From contig CDMY01000548.1 in assembly GCA_001179505.1 (NCBI GenBank), positions 1 through 53,745 on the forward strand: a stretch of DNA of 53,745 nt, read 5' to 3'. Below, one piece after another: positions 11,691 through 24,301 of this stretch. Position numbers and translations under genes: made by a program. Numbering within the stretch: position 1 is the first letter of the stretch; each line of letters starts with the position of its first letter. The notes beneath the pieces were generated by a model. It was not told the DNA's origin, did not search any database, and saw only the letters and a program-made list of their open reading frames with translations. Origin of the DNA: Vitrella brassicaformis CCMP3155. Taxonomy: Eukaryota; Protista; Chromerida.

Positions 11691-12973
11691 GGGACGGCCA
11701 TTCTGCGTCTGTTGCGCTTCATCATGCACAGTCGCTGAGTGGCGGCACCCCGCTGTGCCACAGAGGCGGGAGATGGGCCGCTATAGCCGTGTGGCCATCC
11801 ATCAAGGCGCTGACACAGTGGCAGAAGGGTGTGATATTCGCTGGCTTCGCTGCCCTAGCGGCTGTGGCAGTCATTGCCAAGCTGCAGAAATCACAGGTGA
11901 GCACAAGAGAAACAAAGATATTGATGCATTCATTGATCTATCTCCCCCCGTGTGCGTGTTGTTTTGCTGCATGCCCTCAGAAAGTCAAGCTGGGGGGACT
12001 CATACGCCGTCCTACGGTGGACAGCGACGCAATCGCACAAGAGTACTGCAAGCACAGTGGAGCAATGTGTTCTCATGCATTTCACTCTGGCGCTGTGCGT
12101 GCGTGCGTGGGTGTGTCAAGCACGAGAAGGCTCTCGAGGCTGAGAGGAGCAAGGTGCGGTTACTCGAGAGCCAGATGCACACATTGGCGGCCGAGCTGGA
12201 GGCGCAGCGCGATCGCGTCAAGGACTTCGATCAGCTCAAGAGCAAATACGACAAGGTACACAGATCTGCAGGCGATCAGACGGAGGACATGACCACCACC
12301 GGCCACACACGGATCGCTGCCGCTGTGTTGTGTGTGTCAGGTGGTCGCCGATATGGCTCGTGTGTCTGAGGAGAAAGCACTCGCGGACAAGCAGATCCAG
12401 GAGGTGCGGCTGGAGTGGCTGGAACAAAATGGATACATACATGCTGCCTTGCCTGCGTATCGATGGTGGTCAGTTGGTGGATCGTATCAAGGTAGCAGAG
12501 GAGCATGCTGCTCAGGCCGCTGCAGAGAGCAAGCAGATGAGGGACAAGGTGGCAGGCGTCAAAGTGACGGGCGTGCAAGAGCACGTCAACAACGATGTGC
12601 CGGTAAGTAAGGGAGAGACCTCCCGAGGTGGCCCAGAGAGGACGTACGTCATGACTGTGTGCGTGTCTGTCATGGTGTAGGCTGTGCCCGCCAGTCGCAC
12701 CGACATATACGATTGGGTGAACCTGTACAAGAAGGACCAGCTCATCCACTTCGCTAAGGTAACCAACCAGCCACCACCCCCACACACATTCACACCCACA
12801 CACCCACACCGCCAACCTGCCGTGAACATGGGTATGTCTTTGCTGCTGTGTGTGGTGCTCTGTGTTTGTGTGTGTAGGTGTACGGTGTTGACACCCGCAA
12901 GGGGCAGACAAAGATGGCGATTGTTGATGAGATCGCCAAGGCCATCTACTCACCCACGACTGGCGACGAGTGA
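11691..12973 (+). pseudogene. Copy 2 of the TM/coiled-coil/Rho_N-like gene, lacking the leader-encoding 5' end
   Basis: Homology to copy 1 begins at gtgcag/GGACGG. No equivalent upstream exon is visible, and the acceptor near 12120 is altered. Confidence 0.55.
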
Positions 12974-13109
12974 ATGCATCCACTGCCAGCCAACCGAGTG
13001 CCGTCGATCAGTGTACAGTCAGGTCAAGTCCGCCCAGTCAGTGCATCGCATCCATCACGATTCGGTGGACGTGATTAGCCCCCGTGGCTCCATGTATGGG
13101 TGGGTGTTG

Positions 13110-13409
13110 NNNNNNNNNNNNNNNNNNNNNNNNNNNNNNNNNNNNNNNNNNNNNNNNNNNNNNNNNNNNNNNNNNNNNNNNNNNNNNNNNNNNNNNNNNN
13201 NNNNNNNNNNNNNNNNNNNNNNNNNNNNNNNNNNNNNNNNNNNNNNNNNNNNNNNNNNNNNNNNNNNNNNNNNNNNNNNNNNNNNNNNNNNNNNNNNNNN
13301 NNNNNNNNNNNNNNNNNNNNNNNNNNNNNNNNNNNNNNNNNNNNNNNNNNNNNNNNNNNNNNNNNNNNNNNNNNNNNNNNNNNNNNNNNNNNNNNNNNNN
13401 NNNNNNNNN
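13110..13409. other. 300-N assembly gap
   Basis: Run of N. The equivalent stretch in copy 1 is only about 80 nt. Confidence 0.95.
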
Positions 13410-13864
13410 TTACTGCCTGTGGGGTAGGTGCGGTTCGCGGGGTTTTTGTGTGTAGTGAGGGATACATGGATGGAGGGAGGGAATTGCTTTCGGTTTTCGT
13501 GCGTGCGTCACATGATGAGCGTGCTGTATATAAGTCAGTCACTGGAGCGTGTGTGCCCCCGGTCGGTTGGTTGTGTTAGATGCCTCTGGGCACAGACAAC
13601 GGTTTTGACTTTGCCTTCTTTCGCCCCCTCGGCCTCTGCTTCCCACCCCCTCTCTCTGTTTCTCTGTTTATGTGTGTGCCGTGCTGAGACCACATGTATA
13701 TGTATACGTATGTGCGGTGGATTGCGTTTGGTATGCGTATGTGTATGTGTGTGTGTGTGTATGTGTGCGAATGGGACACATACACATGATTTGAGATATT
13801 TGAACCCCTCTTGGATTCACTCACAATCGTGTCCAGCTTGCTGACTCACCCACTTCTGCTCACT

Positions 13865-14565
13865 ATGGTCGACGGTGAGGGTCGCGACTCGTCTGCGAAG
13901 CGTCGCAAGACCGAGGGCGCAGAGGACGAGCAGGCAACACACGATGACACAGACCAGGTACGGCACAGAGGGAGAGACACATCCGGTGATGCATTCACTG
14001 CTTTTCGTGTGTCAGGTTGTGTCCAAGTTACGTGTGTGTGAGGAACGTTTGCGTGAGGACGCTGGTGGGTCGATGAGGAAGCACACACGTCTCTCTCTCT
14101 CGCCGATTGGCTGTCTCCTTTGTGTGTCAGAGAGTCTGCTGCGTGAGTTCAACGAGTGGGTATCGTCGATGATGGAGCACCTCTCGCAGATCACACACGC
14201 ATCGTAAGGAGAGGAAAGACAGACGGAAAGAGAGAGACATGGACAGACATGTTCTTTGTGTGCAGGTGTGAGGCATTGCTGAGCGAGTTTTCACACAAGG
14301 TCGACGAACTCGACACACTCACCAAGGAGGTATATTGCACGTCACAACCGAATGCATGGATGCATCCCTCATATATTGTGTGTGGTGTCGCGTGGTCAGA
14401 ACGACGAGGGCGACGGCCACATCATGCAGGCGAGCCAGATCGCACAGTCCTACATCCAGAACGACCTCATGAACGACAGTCAGTCACCTACACCCACCAA
14501 CAACACATACAGAAACACGACGAGTTGTTGTCCAACGCCTTCATGCAGGCGACGAGCAGGGCTGA
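13865..14565 (+). CDS. Small hypothetical helical/coiled-coil protein (~125 aa, 6 exons) with an NLS-like KRRK
   Basis: Phase-consistent exons MVDGEGRDSSAKRRKTEGAEDEQATHDDTDQ / VVSKLRVCEERLREDA / ESLLREFNEWVSSMMEHLSQITHAS / CEALLSEFSHKVDELDTLTKE / NDEGDGHIMQASQIAQSYIQNDLMND / SDEQG*. Confidence 0.7.
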
Positions 14566-15041
14566 AGGACGGAGGATGACGACACGCACAAATGGGTGCA
14601 ACAAATGCATGTGATGGATGGATGGATGAAGAGACCAAACACAGACAGGTGCCTGCTGCGGAATGTTGTTGGCTTGTGTCTCCGTTCGCAACTGAGCATT
14701 ACTGCATCAGACACGAAATATAAGTTGCAAGCAGCGATTCTGCCTGCCTGCCTTGCCCTAGCGATGTCCCGGAGTGGCTGCCAGGCTGTCTCACTACTTT
14801 TCCATCACCTGTGCCCATGTCGGCCGTGCCAACAGAAGATATCCGCTTCTCTACCTGTCTGCCCCATTCCCCACCGAATGCAGACTCTCTCTCTCTCTCT
14901 CTGCCACACACACATATAGGTATTGAGCTCATACAGTCATCAATATCATTCAAACATCAAACAGGAGTATATAAAATGTAGGTAGCGATTGGCTCGAGCC
15001 GCCCCTGCCTGCCCGTCTCTGCTATCTAACCCCTTTTGAGC

Positions 15042-17439
15042 TCATATGAGTACTGGACACGTATGGGCGTGCCCGACCTCACCGGTATGGTCAGCCATGC
15101 AGCCGCCCCTTCTTGGGCTCGACACCATGGCTGATCGCAGAGGCAGACGGCACTCCCCCATGACGGTCTTCCGGTAGCGGTTATCGACTGACGCTACCTG
15201 CAGGGCAACCTCACTGAGAGGCCAACGCACAGGGCAATGAAAGAATGAATGGATGGATGGTGTGTGGTTGTAGCGCATCTTCGTGTGTGTGAGTGTGGGT
15301 GGATGGATGGATGAATGGATGGATGACTCACGCAATGCACTGACCTATCGAGCGTCATGACGAATGGATAAGGCGGCTCGCAGGTGAAGGTCTCGTAGAT
15401 ATCGCCGCTCTTGTCCTGCAGCGGACAGACAGACAGACAGACAGACAATTAGAAAGACAGAACTGGATGGGTGCCTTCCCTTCCTCCCTCCATCCCTCCC
15501 TCCCTCCCTCCCTCCCTCCCCCACCCACCTCTTCCAGAGAGTTCGCCCGGCGAATGAAGCAGTACTCGCCCTGCAGCAGCGTTCCTACGAAGTTGAGGCG
15601 CATGGCATATCTCTCTCCGCGATGTTTGTCAGGCCCTGATGCGATGCGCACATAGACATACACACCATCATAAAGGACATCGCTGTCTGTGGATTGAGTG
15701 CTGCTGATCGGTCATTGGCTTACTTCTGCTAACGTTGAGTTTGCGGGCGAATTTGTAGACGTTGACGACGGGCACGCCGAGCGGCAAGACGAAGTCGGTC
15801 AGAGGCGCCGACAGCTCTCCTGTAAACACACATGCCATACACACACATACTCACATGTGGCCGACATGGGCGCCTTGGATGGTGCGGCCAATGGTGGTGG
15901 CCGCCGTGGTGGTGGGAGGGCAGCCATGGGGTCGGTGCTGCCGCTGTCGTCCTGGAGGACGGGGCGTAGGTGGGCCGGCATCATGCATGAAGGCGGTGAG
16001 AGTGGGGGGGTGGCTTGGCAGTTGCTGCTGCTGCTGGTGCGGGAAGGGGGAGACACGTCGGGGATGGCCGCCAGGAGGTCGCCGAGGTCGCGCTGCACCT
16101 GCACCCACACATTCACATACCAGGCACGCAATGAATGAGGAAGGAATTAACACACTTCACTCTCTACTCTCTCTCTGTCTGTCTGTTTCCGGGTATGCGT
16201 ACCATGCGCCGCACGACGAGGGGGTGCCCCCCATTGTTGGCCTCCCCAACGACGTCCATAATGCGGTCGGAGGCCTGCAGGCGGTCCATGACCTCCAGCA
16301 GTCACCACGTGGCAGCCTGCATGTCGGCAGAGTGCGACAGCAGGGCCTCTGGCTCGAAGGCGCTGTTGGCTTGGTTGGGAATGTACAGCCGGTCGCCGTC
16401 CTGCCGGTGCAGCCTGTCCAGGTCGATCAGCACCCCCTCCAAAGCAGCACCGCCTCCCCCACGCACCACTATGTTCTTGTGCTAAATACATAAAACAAGA
16501 CAGAGAGGTAACCACCCAGCCAGGCAGGCAGGCACACAGATGAACCCCAAACCTCAGCAGCGCTCGTGTGTGTGAGGTTAGGGGGAGTGTCTACGTGGAT
16601 GTCGCCGTGGATCAGCCCCCGCAGCCCCAGGTAGTGCACGGCGTCGACGACGTCCCTCACGATGCCCGCCAGCTGGGCATCGGGCAGCGGCCCCGTCAGG
16701 TCGGCCAACGTGCCTGCATCCATCCATCCAGCCAGCCAGCCAGCACAGATAGACAGACAGGTACACTAAGAGCTCAACAAACAACCAGCCGTCTAATGTT
16801 TGTGACTTACGGTCTATCCACTCCATGCGGTATGCTGTCACCCCCTGTAGGTGGTGCCCTTGGGCGTGGGGCGGCATGGGGATGTGGTACGTCTCGGCCA
16901 CGCGGACGATGCTCCTGGGCGGCTGCTCGACGCCCTCTTCGGTGGCCCTCTGCGCCTGCTGGCGGCAGTCCTCCACCCAGAGGTCGTTCCCGGTCCGCAG
17001 GAAACCCTCAACCTGCACGCATACAGACGAAGTGCGGGTGAGCCGTGCCAGTGGACAGCTCTGTGGACTCACTCACCGGCTGGGCGCAGTCCATGTGGTC
17101 GTTGGAGAGCATCTTGACAGCCCAGCGGACGCCCCTCTTGTCCCTCCTGGCGAACGCCGTGCCGTATTTCCCGCTCCGCTGTGGCACGGTGGGGTCGACC
17201 GTCAGGCCCTTCTGCTGGGCCAGCCACACCTGCTGTGTGGTAGGCTGTGTGCCTCGCGGAAAAAAGGCATCAGACCAAAAAAGAAAAAGGAGGCAAGTCT
17301 CCTCGTCTCGCGCGATTCTCGCCCCAAAACCCTACACCCTAACCCTGCCGCATCGCTGCCATCTGTGCTGGCTGATGAGGCGCATGAGAATGAGCGCAGC
17401 CGCCTTGACCGCCAGCAGATGTGAGGCGCTCTTTCCCAT
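15042..17439 (-). CDS. Atypical protein kinase with a C-terminal C2-like domain and an N-myristoylation motif; contains an in-frame TGA at 16304-16302
   Basis: MGKSAS start; RSGKYG Gly-loop; WAVKM; HGDIH/HKN catalytic loop split by an intron; VLIDLD. Downstream exons YVRIASG, DIYETFTC and VALQVASVDNRYRKTVMGECRLPL resemble C2. Confidence 0.7.
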
Positions 17440-18084
17440 GAGTGGCTACACAGCCGCAGCTGCGCGATGGTTGACATCGCCGGCAGGAAGCATGAGAACA
17501 GATGCACCCGCCTCTCTCGAGGATGAGATCATGGCCTCGCTGCCTGCCAAGAGGCGGAAGGTGTTTGGCCACGTGAGGACGTTCTTCAAGGCCAAGGGAT
17601 ACGGCTTCATCGGTGAGCCGAATGAGATGATGGAGTGGGAGAGAAGTTGACAACACCAGCTCACTGACAGCCTGTGGTCGACTGTGCTGCTGTGTTCAGC
17701 GCCCGAGGGAGGCGGCCCTGACATTTATGTCCACCACACAGACATTGCGGCAACCGGTGGGGATAACAAATATGTCAAGTCATGGCGTCCCATATTCGCT
17801 GCCTTACATGTCTGTGTTGTGTGTTCAGCTGCATCGGTTGCGAGTGACCGTCGCAAGAGGCGGGCACGGCGCAAGCTCGAGTGGAAGGAGGGAGAGGACA
17901 AAGGTCAGCCAGTCAGTCAACCGCCAAATGAAGAGGTCACCTGAGGCTGCCGCGTGCCTGCGTATGGGTGCTTTGTGCAGGTGTGTATGTGTTGCGGGTT
18001 GGCGACCGAGTGCAGTTCGAGACGGTGTGGGACGATGCGGCCGCGAGGCCGAGAGCATCACTTGTGGAAACACTCATCGACTAG
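17438..18084 (+). CDS. Cold-shock-domain protein (start may be 17492 or 17531)
   Basis: GHVRTFFKAKGYGFI (RNP1-like), PDIYVHHTDI (RNP2-like) and LRVGDRVQFETVWDDAAARPRASLV across 4 exons. Confidence 0.85.
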
Positions 18085-18822
18085 ACAAGCCCGTGAGTGA
18101 GGGGGGTCACATTGCAGCGTAGAGAGGTCTCATGGCTTAAGAAACGGCTGGTGTGACCAGGGGAGCCAGAAGGCCTTTCTTGGCGAGGCGAGACTGTCGC
18201 TTCCAGACTGCGTCAGTCGGGTCTCACCAGGAGGGTCTTCTGGCTCCCCTGCTTTAACACGTGCAATCTGGAAGCCCCACTTGTTTGCCCAGGCAAAACT
18301 GGGATGTGGGTCTCTGTCAGTTAGCTAATAGGCGGCTTCTGCACGATTGCTTGACCCTCCCTCTACCTTTTATGTGTGTGAATGTGAGGACACTCACTGT
18401 GTGGTTGGGTGATGAAGCTTCGGTGTCAATGCTGAATTAGCACATCGCCACTAAACAATCGATTGATTCATTTGAAATATACCAAGAATACTGTGAGTTG
18501 TGTGAATTAGTTGCATCACTGTCAGCAGCATGTAGGCAGAAGCACAAAGGCACACGAGACCCTCTCGCTTGTCAGTCAGAGACACAGACAGTGACATCCA
18601 TCCATCCATCCCTCAGCAGCCGCTCAGAAACACACCACACCCACACCACTGACTAAAGTCAAATCCATCCTCGGACATGTACGGAACAAGTGAGCCAAAA
18701 ATACTCAACGTCGTTATCAACAAGCCACGGATCAGACCATGGCTGTCCTCTGAGGCAGTCAGTAGGGGAGGGGAGGCAATCAGCCCGTCCAAGCACCGTA
18801 CACCGGGGCTGCCCGGCCGCCT

Positions 18823-20163
18823 TCATCGTGGTGCCGCCCATTTCTTTTTGGGCGCCTTCGTGGTGGTGGCTGGTGCGTCGTCGGTGATGGCGGCGGTGGT
18901 TGGTTCGGCGGCTGTGTACAGGTCGAGGACCAACGGCACCTTGACCGGGAAATCACACAGCTCATTCAGCGACGTGCCAGACTCAATGAAGAAGACCGCC
19001 GCGGCCTGATGGATACACACACAGCACAAAAAGGGAGACCATGTGGACGTCAGGCCTGCCTGCCTGCCTGCCTCCTCGCTGCTCACCACGTCGACGTCCT
19101 CATCGGTGGCTGGGTAGATGAAGATGTCAAGCTGTTTCCCGATATTGGGGAGGATCACCACGTCCTCGTAAACCTCATCGTCGCCATCAGGCAAAATGTA
19201 CGAGCCGCCCGCAAACACGCTGCACAGACAGACGAGAGAGGCTCATCTTGTTGTGTGTTCCGCCCGGCTGTGTTGATCCACCCACTTACCCGCCATCGAG
19301 AAAAGTCTCCATGTCGGGATCGCCTTCAAAGCCGTTGATAGCAACCACTATTGCCCCTGCCTTCTCCGCCGCCTCCTGCAAGACAGACACACAGCATCTC
19401 CTCACACGTGGCTTGTCGCCGTGTGTGGCGCTGACGCATCACGCGCGTACCAGAGGGACATTGATCTCCCAAAACTCTGTGAAATCTCCGGGCAGCTCCC
19501 TCCTAGATGGCTCCAACTCAAACACACGACACGGCTCTACTTCGTCACCTTCTCCTGCTGCAGATGGGCACAGGGACATCAACATACATCATTGCCCTCT
19601 CTTTTTATCCTGTGGACGCGCACCTGGAGAGAAGTGGAGCCTCGGAAGCTCTGGTGCATCCTGCAATTTAGGCGCGTATACATACACGGCACACCCAGCA
19701 CTTGCGCACATTCCTCAGCTGGTTGTGTACTGTATGGTGTGTGTGTTACTTTTGCTCGCCAGAGCGTCTGCTTGATCTCGCCGATCTCAAACTCCACTTT
19801 GGCCATCCCCATGTCTGCAGCAAAACACCACACCCGCGTCACAGACACCAGGCGTCAATACTCATTTGCCTTCACCACAGCAGCTAGCGTTGCCTCTGCC
19901 TTCGCACCTCGAAAAACGTCGTGGGCTTTCTTCCCGAGTCGTGCCTTCTTGAGGGCGTGGTGCACCATCAGCGGCACGTCGTCCTTGGCATCGTGGGTCT
20001 GGCTGAGGAACCCCAGCAGCGTGTCGAGGATCTCCTCCACACGGGAGTGTATCTGGGAGCTGGCTTCGGCCAGCTGCGCGTGTATCTCTGACTGGCAGCG
20101 CGACACGCCTTGCAGGAGCAGCAGGAGGGCCAGCACAAACGCGGGAAAATGCGGCATCGCCAT
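18823..20163 (-). CDS. Secreted PPC-like beta-domain protein, paralog 1 of 4 (Thr/Ala-rich tail)
   Basis: Signal MAMPHFPAFVLALLLLLQGVSRC; exons GAIVVAINGFEGDPDMETFLDG and VYEDVVILPNIGKQLDIFIYPATDEDVDV. Confidence 0.75.
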
Positions 20164-20231
20164 TCTGGTTTGCTTTCCTAAGTACACTGTATAAGACGTT
20201 TTGTCGCACCAACGGCTGAGCTGCGGTTTTG

Positions 20232-21460
20232 ATGATGGTCTGGCGCCTCCTTCTGGCCTTCGGCGGACTGCTGTGTGGGGCACAGGTTGCTCCGGCCGAC
20301 AGGCAGCAGCTCCGTTTGCGAGAAGACTCCGTGGGGCATGGTGTGCGTGAGGCATCTGCCAAGCTTAAGGTCAGCACCAAATCAATGATCCTTCGGGCAA
20401 TCCAGACGGCTCGGGAGAGCGGCAGGAGGGAGTTAGATAGCGCGTTTGTCGAGGCGGGCCTGACCAAGGTGGAGTTCGACGTCAGCGACACCCTCAGTAC
20501 GCTGACACAGACTCTCTGGGCGGCAGAGGTGACCCCTCAGCATTACACACGCCGCACTGATCATGAATAATGCTCTCTGAAAATGCTTGTTCGTGCCAGG
20601 GAGCGCCAGACCTACCCAGGCTGCTCTTTCCACCAGGTATAATATGACTCTGCGACACCAAGTGGCATGTCTGTGGTGGATGTGACTGCAGCTGGCGAGC
20701 AGGAGGGGGACGAATGTGAAGTGATTGATGTGGAACCCCCCGAAGTGATTCCTGCCGACGGCGTGCGGACAATCACCATCGAAAACCTGGTGAGCAACGT
20801 ACAGGGCGAATTCGGGTCACTCCTAGTTGGGCGTCTGCGTGCCTTTTGTCTGGTTTGTGCAGTCGCAGCTACAGGACGCTGGGGCCATTGTGGTCGCCAC
20901 AAACAGTCTAACAGGCGACGCTGATATCTCTGTCGCCATCGACGGGTAAGAAGGAAGAGCCGAAGACATGACGGGGCTGGCGGAAAGCGCGAGACTCATT
21001 TCATTGTGCGTCCGGTCATGCGCACACGAATGCAGCTTCTTTGTGGGCGGCAGCAGTGTTCCGAGCGATTACGACCCAGACGTGTATGAGGATGTAGCCG
21101 TCGTGCCGCTAATCGGCGAGGAGCTGTTCATCGTCATCTTCCCATTCACTGATGAAGACGCAGACGTGGTCAGCTAGTAACTAGCTACCTAGCCAACCCT
21201 CATGCCTCTTTCCATCTTTCTCTGTGTGTGTGTGTGGCCGTGTTCAGGAGGTGTCCGTGTGGCTGGTCGACGCGGGGTATCCCCTGGGTGAGGTGTGCGT
21301 CAGTCCCGTAGCCACATCGTCCGATCTCTTCCCCGGTCCCGACGGCACCTTCCCACCGCCCGTCACCGCTCCAGGCCCTGGACCTCCACCACCTGCAGAT
21401 GACTACGAAGAGCCCGACCGTGTAGATGATGACGATGATTTTGATGACCGTTTCGGATGA
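20232..21460 (+). CDS. Secreted PPC-like beta-domain protein, paralog 2 of 4 (Pro/Asp-rich tail)
   Basis: Signal MMVWRLLLAFGGLLCGA; exons GAIVVATNSLTGDADISVAIDG and VYEDVAVVPLIGEELFIVIFPFTDEDADV; intron positions match paralog 1. Confidence 0.8.
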
Positions 21461-22307
21461 GATGCCGGCTAGATTTCGACACCGCAGACAGTGTGTTTGC
21501 ATTTCTGTGGTCCTGAAGTATCATTGGTGGGCAAATAGCCCGTCATGATGTGCATGCTTAATAAGGCAGGCCGATTGCTGACGTGAGTCGTGTCATTGCG
21601 CTTGGTCAAGGACAGATGGAGAGGATAAATGAAGGGAGTGTTGATGAAGGAAAAGAAATACACTATGCTCCGCCGTGCTGCTCTTCCTTTTAAAGAATCG
21701 CCCCCAGCTTCACACGTGCACAAACATGACGAGCCAATTACGGTCGTATGCAGCAAAAAGAGAGACATTATCTGCTCATTCGTCAAGTGGCGATCGATGG
21801 CATGTACAAAAGAAGAAAGGTGGCTGCAGTGTAGGTAGAGATATACGTGAAGACATACATGTCTCTTGAGGCGACAAATAGATATACAAAGAGGCAGAGA
21901 CAGACACCCCGGTGCTTTGCCCGACGCGCCTGTCGCCTGAATGAGTGCTGAAGGCAGAAGACGGCTCCTAGAATCCATAGAATACCTCTAATACGGACAG
22001 TCCTAGAACACACGCGTCCAGTGACGGCCGACCATGACAGAGACATCACATCATGATGTACGGAAAACTTGCAGCACATGCAGACGAATGCATGGCTCTT
22101 GGAACGCGCTAGATGTACACAAATAGACAAGAGGCAACACGCACAACATCAGAGACACCCCGGTGCTTTGCCCGACTTGCCAGTGCGTGTGTGTGCGTGT
22201 GCATGGGCGTCACTGAAGACTACAAACGACCCGCACAAATCATACCAACAAACACACGTATCCATCGAACGCATGAGTGTACACACGCAGTCTACACGTA
22301 AGTACAG

Positions 22308-24010
22308 CTATGTGGTCGGTTGGCCAGCACTGCTGGTGCTGTTGCCCTCATCGTCGTAATAGTAATCGTAGTAGTAATCACAGTAGTAATAATAACAGTC
22401 TGCAGACAGGGGGGACACACACACATCAATGGATGGCATATCATCATATCCCTCTCTTTGTGCTCGTGGGCCTGACGACGTACAGTAGTCATATTCATCT
22501 ATGTCTCCGTTATCGTAAGGAATACAGTAGTAATATACTGCATACTCATACCCTTCGTAGTAATCGCCTGTGCACGCAAGTGGGAGAGGAAGGGCTATGG
22601 CGGACATGTCCGGAGGAGGCAACAATCGATGTGCACCACGTGTGTATGCGCGCGCATCGGTGGGTGACACGAACATGCTTACAGTAGCTGGTGTAATAGT
22701 GCGTGATCGGCATGTGGGCACCGGCAGGATCGCATCGCTCCCCGCTGGCCTCGCGAGCAGCCTGCAAGCATTCCACAGCCATGCATTCACATCACATTGC
22801 CCAATCAGCTGAGAGCTCAACTGACCTTGCCTTTCCAAAGCGTATGTGTCTTGCCGCCCATTCGGTACACAGACCGCTCCAGCCCCATCTTGGCCATCAG
22901 ATTCTCACCTTCGCTGTCTCCGCTTCCCTTGCGGATGCCGTCGACGATCCTCTGGGCCTCCTCGGTGAGGCCGGGGTCGACGCATGGCGTGTTTTGGTAT
23001 GTGTCGAGGGTGTCCATGTTTGGCGGGGCGGGCTTGGGGTCGGCGTGTCTCATCATGATGGACGCTGGCTTATCACTGGGGCGGATGATGGAGGGGTCGC
23101 TGACAGACTTGTCGAGTCCGGCGATCTTGAACGGCACCACACAGTCGCCATCTTTGTGGAAGGACAGCAACACCGTCTGCACTCAAGAAATGAAGACACG
23201 CAGCTAGACAGGCGGAGAGATCGGCGTTGTTGGCTCGCTGCGGTGGACTGACCACATCGGCGTGTGTGTTGCCCACAGGGACGACGAATGCATGGGCCGT
23301 CCCACCGCTGGCCACAGGCAGCACCACATAATCCTCGTACACGAAATCGTCACGGACAGACACGGCCGTACTCGTGGACACGGTGCTGACATAAGGGACA
23401 CGCAAAAGCCCATCAGCGTGTCGTGCCTTCTGCTTGTCTGTCTGTCTGTCTGTCTGCATACCCGTCCGCTGCCTGCACGGCCAGGTCAGCGTTGCCGAAG
23501 TGGGAGTTGGCAGCCAATATGACGTCATCAAAACCTGCCTCGCGAGCGTGACTCTGCACACGTAGACGGACACAAACACAGACACCATCAGCACCTACCC
23601 GCCCCCTCCCACATCTCGTCCCGCTCACCAGGTCCATTCGTATGTACTGCTCCCGGCCGCTGGGGATGCGTCGCGTCGGCAGGGACGAGAAGTGCACTGG
23701 GCTGTCTTCATGGGCCTCGACAGGGAGAGGCGACACCACGGGGCAGCTGCGTGGGCGACTGCGCGAGCTGCTCACGGGGGAGGCTGGCGGCTGCCGGTTA
23801 TTGTCAGGGTGTTTGGCAGGCGGCGGACGTGGAGGCTTCAGGAAGGCGTCGTCATTCTGGTCTACCGAGCCGGGGGTGATCCAACTCGAGCAGCCTCGTC
23901 TTGATGTCGGTGAGGATTTCCTCGAGCTGCCCTCTTTCCCCCGGTGTGATGGACTGGCAGCGTGCGGCGGTGGTGAGAAGCAGCGCGGAGAGGATTGTGG
24001 TGATATGCAT
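22308..24010 (-). CDS. Secreted PPC-like beta-domain protein, paralog 3 of 4, with a tyrosine-rich C-terminus
   Basis: Signal MHITTILSALLLTTAARC; exons DDVILAANSHFGNADLAVQAADG and VYEDYVVLPVASGGTAHAFVVPVGNTHADV; last exons splice to ...HYYTSYCDYYEGYEYAVYYYCIPY...YYCYYYYCDYYYDYYYDDEG. Confidence 0.75.
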
Positions 24011-24301
24011 CGTCTTTCTCGCCCGTAACGTCTTCGCCGCGTACACTGTGGGGAAAGTCGGCCAGAATGGCTTCTTTTCCGGTCCCTTGACTCGAGTGCG
24101 AGTGTGGTGCTGTGTGAGGCACGGTGACTGCGGGGGGCAGGCAGGAGCTCCTCGTTTATTGGCCAGGATCGTTCTACTCGTGCGAGCTTAGGATGGAGAG
24201 ATCTCTCCCCGCTCTGTGTCTACTCTCCTCATGTCGTCACGCCGACCGGGGATTCCCACGCCACCGAGACTGCAGTTCGTGGATTTCACTGACTCTCAAG
24301 A

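Larger units (their letters stand above)
8643..13850. repeat. Tandem segmental duplication: 8643-10910 vs 11689-13850
   Basis: Near-identical exons, introns and 3' flank. Shared starts are cagggacggccattctgcg and shared ends are ttgctgactcaccca. Confidence 0.9.

Noticed and set aside
14700-15040. SECIS element for the kinase UGA
   Set aside because: An ATGA..AA..GA pattern exists near 14890-14935 on the minus strand, but I could not form helix II by eye.
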